Source: an uncultured Thiothrix sp. (GTDB taxonomy: Bacteria; Pseudomonadota; Gammaproteobacteria; Poriferisulfidales; GCA-002705445). Taken from it: DNA of 64,000 nucleotides. The notes beneath the pieces are model-generated. The model saw nothing but the letters and a program-made list of their open reading frames with translations. It had not been told where the DNA came from and ran no database searches. Shown piece after piece: positions 56,850 through 64,000 of this stretch. Positions within the stretch are counted from its first letter, which is position 1, and each line of letters begins with the position of its first letter. The stretch is taken from NCBI GenBank assembly GCA_902595225.1, contig CACJPG010000002.1, positions 65,151-129,150 of the forward strand. The letters run 5' to 3'. A program made the translations under genes and the position numbers.

Positions 56850-58250
56850 TTATTTCTTCAAAGATTTCATTTTATTTGAAATTGTGTTTCTTCCCCACCC
56901 TAATATTTTGGCTGCTTCTGTTTTATTTCCTTTCGATAATCTTAAGGCAGATTTAATTAAAGTGTCCTCAAAGATATCATTTATATTTTTTGAAATATCT
57001 AAAGATTTATTATCATATTCATTCAAAATCCATGCTTCTAAAACCGAGCTCCAATTCTTTGTCTCAGTTACCTCTATCGCTGGCTCTAAAATCTCTTTAG
57101 GCAGGTCTTCAGCAAGAACCTTATTTCCCTTGATCATTATTGATAAGTATTTGCATACATTTTGAAGCTCTCTAATATTTCCTGGCCAATAATATTTTTG
57201 AAAGATTTTTTGCACATCTTCGTCTAATACTTTTAAGGATGTTTTGTATTCTTTGGAGTATTCAATTAAGAAACTTTCCGATAATTTTAAAATATCATCT
57301 TTTCTATTTCTTAAGCTTGGCAACTCAATTTTTATAGCATTAATTCTATGAAGTAAGTCCTCTCTAAAAAGATCCTTGGCTACTAGAGATTGTAAATTCT
57401 GGTGAGTTGCGGTGATTATCCTCGTTTTTACTTTTATTGATTTTGTTCCTCCTACTCTGAAAAATTCACCTTCTTGCAAAACTCTTAGTAAGCGTGTTTG
57501 AACATCCATAGGCATGTCTCCAATTTCATCTAAAAATAATGTGCCTTCTGAGGCTTGTTCAAATCTGCCGATTCTTTGATTATAAGCACCAGTAAAAGAA
57601 CCTTTTTCATGACCAAAAAGTTCTGATTCCAGCAGTTCAGTTGGAATTGCTCCCGTGTTTATTGCAATAAATGGACTATTTTTTCTCTCACTATTTTCAT
57701 GTATAGATTTTGCAATAAGTTCCTTACCAGTACCAGTTTCTCCAAGGATTAAAACATCAACATTAGTTGATGCAATTTTACCAATTGACTTATATATATC
57801 TTGCATGGATTCAGAGTTCCCAATAATTTTTGATGTATTATTTGATAGTTCAATTTTTTTATTTTCATTATCGGAAGGAATATTTCTTGAGCATTTTTTT
57901 ATTAAAGAGATTGTTTCAACTATATCAAAAGGTTTTGTTATGTAATCATAAGCTCCCTTTTGAAGAGAATTAACTGTTGTATCTAAGTCTGAAAAAGCAG
58001 TCATAATAATTATTGGAATTTTTGGATATTCTCTTTTTACACTCTCTAGCATTTCGATACCACTTTTCCCCGGCATTCTAACATCAGATATGATCACACT
58101 TGGTTCTCTTTTTTGTATATTTGTTAAGACAGAATCTGCATTTTCAAAACAAGTAACTTCAAATCCAGCTTTTTTAAGGGCTTTGTCAAGTATCCATCTT
58201 ATTGATTTATCATCATCAATTACAAATATATTTTCTTTTTTTGTGCTCAT
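56850..58250 (-). CDS. ntrC: nitrogen regulation protein NR(I), sigma-54-dependent response regulator
   Basis: 466 aa with a receiver domain (DD...D), an AAA+ domain with GETGTGKE and GSFTGA, and a C-terminal Fis-type HTH. Downstream of glnA-ntrB. Confidence 0.9.
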   Translation of the reverse strand: MSTKKENIFVIDDDKSIRWILDKALKKAGFEVTCFENADSVLTNIQKREPSVIISDVRMPGKSGIEMLESVKREYPKIPIIIMTAFSDLDTTVNSLQKGAYDYITKPFDIVETISLIKKCSRNIPSDNENKKIELSNNTSKIIGNSESMQDIYKSIGKIASTNVDVLILGETGTGKELIAKSIHENSERKNSPFIAINTGAIPTELLESELFGHEKGSFTGAYNQRIGRFEQASEGTLFLDEIGDMPMDVQTRLLRVLQEGEFFRVGGTKSIKVKTRIITATHQNLQSLVAKDLFREDLLHRINAIKIELPSLRNRKDDILKLSESFLIEYSKEYKTSLKVLDEDVQKIFQKYYWPGNIRELQNVCKYLSIMIKGNKVLAEDLPKEILEPAIEVTETKNWSSVLEAWILNEYDNKSLDISKNINDIFEDTLIKSALRLSKGNKTEAAKILGWGRNTISNKMKSLKK

Positions 58251-59294
58251 CTAATAATTTTCTATAGGTAATATAATTTTAAAAATAGTTCTAGCGTCGT
58301 CATCTTCATACACAATAATTCCATTATTAAGAGAGACTAATTTTTGAGATATTGACAATCCAAGGCCAGAACCTTTCGGTTTATTTGTAACGAGAGGCAA
58401 GAATAACTTACTTTTTATGTCAGGCGATATTCCTATCCCATCATCAATAATGTCTATCATTGCAACTAAATTGTATCTAATAGAACTTATCGTATAATTT
58501 CTTTCAACTCTTGTTTTTATTAAAACTGTTCCTCCCTCTACGGTTGCTTCTTGAGCATTTTTTAAAATATTGAGTAAAGCTTGTATTATCATGTCATTAT
58601 CGATTTTTACCTCGGGAATACTTGGGTCATAATCTCTCACAAAGGTTGTCTCTTTATCTTGGTCTGTTTTAAGAAGTTTTAAAACTCTCTCTATTAATAA
58701 GTGTATATTTGTGTCGTTTAACTCAGGTAATTCACTTGGACCAAGCATTCGGTCAATGTAATTTTTTAGTCTATCAACCTCATTTATAATAATTTCAGTA
58801 TATTCTTTTTGGTTCCTTTTTATCTCTGAATCTAATAATTGTGCTGCTCCTCGAATTCCCCCAAGAGGATTTTTTATCTCATGAGCTATCGATCTAGTTA
58901 TCATCTGAGTTGCATTATTTCTATCATTAAATCTTGCATTCTTTTCAATACTTTTATGTCTTTGATTCTGCAAAATTTCAAGTAGTACATGCTTTTCTTT
59001 ATCAATATAAATTGCTTGAACATTGCAATCTACAATGTGTTTGATTTTTGATTTTAATGAAATATCCATATCCCTAGAAATAGAAGATTGACCTAATGCT
59101 ATCGCATCGTATATTTGATTTATTATTAGATTATTTTTTTTTGCAAAAATATCATTTATCTTTTTGTTTAATAGTTTTTCTTTACTATTTCGAAGAAAGT
59201 TTTCGCCGGAAGCATTAACGTGAACTATTTCCATATATTTGTTTGTAATAATCACCGAAGTAGCAATATTATCTAAGATGTTTTCAACATTCAT
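58251..59294 (-). CDS. ntrB: nitrogen regulation sensor histidine kinase NR(II)
   Basis: 347 aa with a PAS-like N-terminus, H-box HEIKNPL, and N/G boxes. Lies between glnA and ntrC. Confidence 0.87.
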   Translation of the reverse strand: MNVENILDNIATSVIITNKYMEIVHVNASGENFLRNSKEKLLNKKINDIFAKKNNLIINQIYDAIALGQSSISRDMDISLKSKIKHIVDCNVQAIYIDKEKHVLLEILQNQRHKSIEKNARFNDRNNATQMITRSIAHEIKNPLGGIRGAAQLLDSEIKRNQKEYTEIIINEVDRLKNYIDRMLGPSELPELNDTNIHLLIERVLKLLKTDQDKETTFVRDYDPSIPEVKIDNDMIIQALLNILKNAQEATVEGGTVLIKTRVERNYTISSIRYNLVAMIDIIDDGIGISPDIKSKLFLPLVTNKPKGSGLGLSISQKLVSLNNGIIVYEDDDARTIFKIILPIENY

Positions 59295-59354
59295 TTCTAA
59301 GAGAACTCATGGAATTTATTGTTTAAATAAATTATAAAGCAAAGAATAAATATT

Positions 59355-59371
59355 TGCACTAATTTTGTGCA
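59355..59371. promoter_or_regulatory. NtrC-type binding site TGCAC-N7-GTGCA in the glnA-ntrB spacer
   Basis: TGCACTAATTTTGTGCA is 17 bp with the same half-sites and spacing as the enterobacterial NtrC consensus TGCACCnnnnTGGTGCA. Confidence 0.55.
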
Positions 59372-59388
59372 AAAAAGTTTTGTAGAAA

Positions 59389-59405
59389 CGCCCTAATATA
59401 GGGCG
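59389..59405 (-). terminator. hairpin downstream of glnA (CGCCCTA-ata-TAGGGCG) followed by a T-rich tract on the minus strand
   Basis: 7-bp GC-rich stem 7 nt after the glnA stop. The minus strand then reads ...ttctacaaaactttttt. Confidence 0.5.
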
Positions 59406-59411
59406 CCTTAA

Positions 59412-60815
59412 TTACAAGCTGTAATACATTTCGAACTCTAATGGATGAGTATTGGCTTGAAATGCCTGAACTTCCTCCATTTTAAGCTCAATATATGCAT
59501 CTATGGTATCGTCACTCATTACTCCACCAGCTTTTAAAAACTCTCTATCAGCATCTAAAGCCTTAAGTGCTTCATCTAATGACGAACATACATGAGGAAT
59601 TTTTGCTTCTTCTTCAGGGCTTAAGTCATCGAACAGGTCAATATCCATATTTTTACCTGGATCAATTTGATTGTTTATCCCATCAAGTCCAGCCATCATT
59701 AGGGCTGTGAATGTCAAATAAGGGTTTCCGCATGAATCTGGAAATCTTACCTCAATTCTTCTGGCTTTTTCATTTGCTTCAAACGGTATTCTAATACTAG
59801 CTGACCTGTTTTTAGCAGAATAAGTTAAAATTGTAGGTGCCTCAAATCCAGGAACAAGTCTTTTATAGCTGTTTGTAGCAGAGTTTGAGAAAGCATTTAT
59901 TGCTTTTGCATGCTTTATGATTCCACCAATATAATATAATGCAGTTTGTGATAATCCACCATATTCATTACCCAAAAATAAATTTTCACCCCCTTTAAAC
60001 AAAGATTGGTGAACGTGCATTCCATTACCATTATCATTAATTATAGGCTTTGGCATGAACGTCGCAGTTTTTCCATAATTATGCGCAACGTTATGAACAA
60101 CGTATTTGAGTATTTGGTTCTGGTCTGCTCTTTTTACCATTGTATTATACTTGGTTCCAATTTCACATTGCCCAGCTGTTGCAACCTCATGATGATGAAC
60201 TTCAGTTTCTACACCCATTTCTTCCAATACATTACACATTGCTGAACGAATATCCTGCAATGAATCCACTGGTGGCACAGGGAAGTAGCCACCTTTTATA
60301 CCAGGTCTATGACCGGTATTTCCATCTGCGTATTGTTCTCCAGAGCTGAAGCAGCCTTCCTCCGATTCTACTCTATAGAATGATTCACCTATTTCATTGC
60401 CAAAAGTAACGGAATCGAATATGAAGAATTCAGGTTCTGGTCCAAAGTAAGCGGTATCAGCAATTCCAGAATCTTGAAGGTATTTTTCGGCTCTTATTGC
60501 GATCGACCTAGGGTCTCTCGCATAGCCCTCTCCAGAGGTTTCTAAAACATTGCATCTTACCGTTAAAGTTGAATCACTAAAAAAAGGATCCATTATCGCG
60601 GTGTCTTGGTCTGGCATTAAAATCATATCTGACTCGTTAATTGCCTTCCAACCGGCAATAGATGAGCCATCGAACATCTTTCCATTAGTAAATAGAGACT
60701 CATCCACAGCGCTTGCTGGAAGAGTGACATGTTGTTCTTTGCCTTTAGGGTCAGTGAAACGCAAATCCACGAATTTGACGTCATTCTCCTTTATTGTTTT
60801 CATTATATCTGACAT
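59412..60815 (-). CDS. glnA: glutamine synthetase type I
   Basis: 467 aa, full-length GSI, with the ...KP....NGSG/NGMH.H.S... region and the adenylylation-loop-like NLYDLP analog ([10 protein letters not shown]). Confidence 0.97.
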   Translation of the reverse strand: MSDIMKTIKENDVKFVDLRFTDPKGKEQHVTLPASAVDESLFTNGKMFDGSSIAGWKAINESDMILMPDQDTAIMDPFFSDSTLTVRCNVLETSGEGYARDPRSIAIRAEKYLQDSGIADTAYFGPEPEFFIFDSVTFGNEIGESFYRVESEEGCFSSGEQYADGNTGHRPGIKGGYFPVPPVDSLQDIRSAMCNVLEEMGVETEVHHHEVATAGQCEIGTKYNTMVKRADQNQILKYVVHNVAHNYGKTATFMPKPIINDNGNGMHVHQSLFKGGENLFLGNEYGGLSQTALYYIGGIIKHAKAINAFSNSATNSYKRLVPGFEAPTILTYSAKNRSASIRIPFEANEKARRIEVRFPDSCGNPYLTFTALMMAGLDGINNQIDPGKNMDIDLFDDLSPEEEAKIPHVCSSLDEALKALDADREFLKAGGVMSDDTIDAYIELKMEEVQAFQANTHPLEFEMYYSL

Positions 60816-60853
60816 TGTTCGCTCCTATTTTTATTACATTTGTTTCAAAGTCA

Positions 60854-60869
60854 TGCATATTTTATGCCA
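60854..60869 (-). promoter_or_regulatory. sigma-54 promoter (minus strand TGGCAT-N5-ATGCA) for glnA
   Basis: The reverse complement of tgcatattttatgcca is TGGCATAAAATATGCA, with GG/GC spacing as in the TGGCAC-N5-TTGCA consensus. It lies about 39-54 nt upstream of the glnA ATG, and an AGGAG SD follows. Confidence 0.6.
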
Positions 60870-61022
60870 AGTTGTCGTTAGACATAAAAATATGGTCAAA
60901 ATTGTGCTAAATTAGTTTAACTTCTCAATAATATATGAGATTTATATAGTAGTATATTAATAATTCAAAATTATAACTATGCTTTATAATACTACCTATT
61001 TTGCAAAAGAATTATTTATATT

Positions 61023-61895
61023 ATGACGTTTCAAGAGATAATATTTAAACTAAAATCGTATTGGGCAGATAAAGAGTGTATTTCTCTGGAGCCATATGAT
61101 CTTCCAATGGGAGCAGCAACCTTTCACCCCTCGACCTTTTTAAGAGCTTTAGGGCCTGAGCCTTGGAAAGCTGTATATATTCAACCTTGTAGAAGGCCAA
61201 CTGACGGTAGATACGGGGAAAACCCAAACCGTCTTCAGCATTATTATCAAATGCAAGTTGTTTTGAAGCCTTCTCCTGACAATATTCAAAATATGTTTTT
61301 AAGTTCATTAGAAAAAATTGGAATCGACACAAAAACCAATGATATTAAGTTTGTTGACGATAATTGGGAGTCACCTTCACTTGGGGCTGCAGGAGTTGGC
61401 TGGGAAGTTTGGTTAAACGGCATGGAAATAAGCCAATTTACATATTTTCAACAAGTTGGAGGAATTGAATGCGCACCAGTTACTGGAGAGCTAACTTATG
61501 GACTTGAAAGAATAGCTATGCATTTGCAATCAATTGACAATTTATATGATATCAAATGGAACAAGTATTTAACTTATGGTGAAATATACATGCAAAATGA
61601 AAAAGAAAACTCGCAGTATAATTTTGAATTAGTTGACGCCAAAATCTTAGCAAAATATTTTGATGATATGGAAAAGGAATGCATTAAACTGACAGATAAT
61701 AATCTGCCAATACCAGCATATGATATTTTGTTACAAAACTCTCACATATTAAATCTTCTAGATTCAAAACAAGCTGTTTCTTCCACTGAAAGACAGGCTT
61801 ATATATTACGCTTAAGAAAATTATCAAACTTAATTGCAAAAAAGTTTTTGGAAAGTAGGGAAGAATTAGAATTTCCATTAATCAAAGAAAAATAA
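61023..61895 (+). CDS. glyQ: glycine--tRNA ligase alpha subunit
   Basis: 290 aa starting [23 protein letters not shown]...GA.TFHP.... Confidence 0.97.
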   Translation: MTFQEIIFKLKSYWADKECISLEPYDLPMGAATFHPSTFLRALGPEPWKAVYIQPCRRPTDGRYGENPNRLQHYYQMQVVLKPSPDNIQNMFLSSLEKIGIDTKTNDIKFVDDNWESPSLGAAGVGWEVWLNGMEISQFTYFQQVGGIECAPVTGELTYGLERIAMHLQSIDNLYDIKWNKYLTYGEIYMQNEKENSQYNFELVDAKILAKYFDDMEKECIKLTDNNLPIPAYDILLQNSHILNLLDSKQAVSSTERQAYILRLRKLSNLIAKKFLESREELEFPLIKEK

Positions 61896-61897
61896 TT

Positions 61898-63973
61898 ATG
61901 GAAACAAAAGACTTACTTTTTGAAATAGGCGTAGAAGATTTGCCACCAAAAAATTTAAATTCTTTTTTAAAAAAAATAAAAAAAAATATTGAGGCAAATT
62001 TATTAAAAGAGAGTATTAACTTCTCAGAATGTAAATTTTTTTATACGAATCTCCGATTAATATTTGTTTTGCAGGATGTTATTACAAGCGTTAATCATGA
62101 AAAAAAACTTATTAAAGGACCACCTTTGAGTAGGTGTTTTGATGAAGAAAATAAATTAACAAAAACTGGTTCTGGTTTTGCAAAAAAACATAACATAAGC
62201 TTTGATCAATTAAAAAAACTAGAAAAAGATGGCGTAGAATATGTATTTTATGAAAAACCTAAATTCTCCCAACATACAAAAGATTTGTTGCCTTCTATTT
62301 TAGAAAATTCCCTAATTGGCGTTGAAGAACAAAAAAAAATGAAATGGGGAAAAGGGAACATTTTTTTTATTAGACCAATTAGATGGATGCTTTTATTTTT
62401 TGGTGATGAATGCATACAAACTTCTATTTTAAATATAAAAACAAAAAACTATACATATGGGCCTAGATGGCTTTCCAAAGAAAAAGTTATTATAAAAAAT
62501 CAAGATCAATTTTTCTTATTTCTTAAAAACAGCAAAATCATATTTGATCAAGAACAAAGAAAAAGACTTATCGAAGAAAAAGCAATAGAGATAATAAAAA
62601 CAGAAAATTGCGAGGAAATTATTGAGGCTGAATTAATTGATGAGCTATCATGCATGACCGAATCTCCCTTTTTATATCTTGGAAATTTTCCGAAAAAATA
62701 CTTAGAACTTCCTGAAAAAGTACTTGAGTATGTTATTCAAGATACTCAAAAGCATTTTTTATTGAGAAAAGATGGAAATATAATTAATAAATTCATTGGC
62801 TTGTCTAGCATTGAAATAAATAAAGAATTAATAAGTGGTAATGAGACTGTTATAAATCCAAGACTTGATGACGCAAAGTTTTTTATTACTAAAGATCTTT
62901 CTAACAATATTTTTAATAAAAAGGAGGATTTAAAAAAAGTTATTTTCCATAAGAAACTTGGAAGTGTACATGACAAAGTAAAACGACTGGCAATATTAGC
63001 TGAACATATTAATAAAAACTATTTTATGAATAACGGAAAATACTTTATTGATTTAATAGAAATATGCAAATTAGATCTAATATCTAATATGGTGGTTGAG
63101 ATGCCAAAATTGCAGGGGTATATTGGAAGTTACTATGCGCAACAGCAAGGTTTTAACGAAAAAATTTCAGACGGGATTAGCCAGCATTACCTGCCTGTAA
63201 ATCCAGAAGACCAGATACCAAGAAATATTGATGCTCAAATTGTATCAATAGCAGATAAGCTTGATACAGTTGTTGGAATTTTTTTGGCAAATGAAAAACC
63301 AACTGGAACTAGAGATCCACTTGGAGTAAGAAGGTCAACAAATGGACTAATAAGAGTTTTACTTGAAGGTAAGGTGCATGCAAATATTTATGATTTAATT
63401 GATATATCTAAAGAATTATTTTCTAAAAATTACAAAAATTTAAACCAGGATCTAAACGAAGATTGCAAAAATTTTTTTAAAGAAAAGTTATTCTTTATAT
63501 TAAAAGATGATTTTAAGTTTAATGATAGTGAAATTAAATCAGTTTTATGGTATAGTGATTATATAGATCCTTATACTATGTTTAGAAAAGTTAGCACTAT
63601 CCATGCTGCATTAAAAAATAGTGATTTTGTAGCTTTATTTTCAAACGCAAAAAGAATTTCAAACATTTTAAAGAAATCTAAACTCAAAATCTCTCATGAA
63701 ATTGATGAAAATTTATTAAGAGAATCTAGTGAGAAGATATTATATAATGAAGCTAATAATATTCGTAATCAATTAGATTCGTATTTGTCTACAAAAGATT
63801 ATGAAAAATACTTAAATCATTTAAATATCTTAAATAAACATATAACAAATTTTTTTGATGAGGTAATAGTAAACGCAGACGAGGAAGATATTAGGTTAAA
63901 TAGATTATCTTTATTAGCAAAAATAGAAAATCTTTATAATCAAATTGGAAATATCGCAACTCTAAATACGTAA
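61898..63973 (+). CDS. glyS: glycine--tRNA ligase beta subunit
   Basis: 691 aa starting ...DLLFEIGVEDLPPK.... Immediately follows glyQ. Confidence 0.93.
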   Translation: METKDLLFEIGVEDLPPKNLNSFLKKIKKNIEANLLKESINFSECKFFYTNLRLIFVLQDVITSVNHEKKLIKGPPLSRCFDEENKLTKTGSGFAKKHNISFDQLKKLEKDGVEYVFYEKPKFSQHTKDLLPSILENSLIGVEEQKKMKWGKGNIFFIRPIRWMLLFFGDECIQTSILNIKTKNYTYGPRWLSKEKVIIKNQDQFFLFLKNSKIIFDQEQRKRLIEEKAIEIIKTENCEEIIEAELIDELSCMTESPFLYLGNFPKKYLELPEKVLEYVIQDTQKHFLLRKDGNIINKFIGLSSIEINKELISGNETVINPRLDDAKFFITKDLSNNIFNKKEDLKKVIFHKKLGSVHDKVKRLAILAEHINKNYFMNNGKYFIDLIEICKLDLISNMVVEMPKLQGYIGSYYAQQQGFNEKISDGISQHYLPVNPEDQIPRNIDAQIVSIADKLDTVVGIFLANEKPTGTRDPLGVRRSTNGLIRVLLEGKVHANIYDLIDISKELFSKNYKNLNQDLNEDCKNFFKEKLFFILKDDFKFNDSEIKSVLWYSDYIDPYTMFRKVSTIHAALKNSDFVALFSNAKRISNILKKSKLKISHEIDENLLRESSEKILYNEANNIRNQLDSYLSTKDYEKYLNHLNILNKHITNFFDEVIVNADEEDIRLNRLSLLAKIENLYNQIGNIATLNT

Positions 63974-64000
63974 ATTATGATGATGGTTGATTATATACAA

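Overview
Visibly AT-rich, gene-dense bacterial chromosome segment. Gene order suggests a gammaproteobacterial replication-origin region; that taxonomic call is inference. (1) 1-20.7 kb is a conserved housekeeping block: dnaN and dnaA on the minus strand, then rpmH-rnpA-yidD-yidC-mnmE-mnmG-rsmG-parA-parB-atpIBEFHAGDC-glmU-glmS on the plus strand. (2) Inside the last codons of glmS (20730) a ~10.5 kb accessory array begins and runs to 31287. It holds 21 small same-strand ORFs, mostly exported or membrane proteins, in 11 mini-cassettes separated by 12 copies of a composite repeat. Every repeat copy contains the last six glmS codons (S-V/I-T-V-E-stop), and the copies differ almost only at synonymous positions. 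The cassette ends are mutually complementary arms. Most cassettes start with a promoter-like module placed 6-8 nt before the ATG, and 13 ORFs share a signal peptide conserved at the nucleotide level. No integrase, transposase or Tn7 genes are visible in the window. I consider this integron-like, glmS-anchored cassette system the main candidate for something undescribed. (3) 31.3-42 kb is a repeat-free flexible region of small hypothetical, secreted and lipoprotein genes. (4) 42-64 kb is housekeeping: ppc, azoR, trpS, dksA, ctpA-type protease, yibN-grxC-gpsA, pyrD, ntrC-ntrB-glnA, glyQS. I recognised no rRNA, tRNA, CRISPR or IS element by eye. All calls rest on reading the ORF translations and the DNA; no database search was run.
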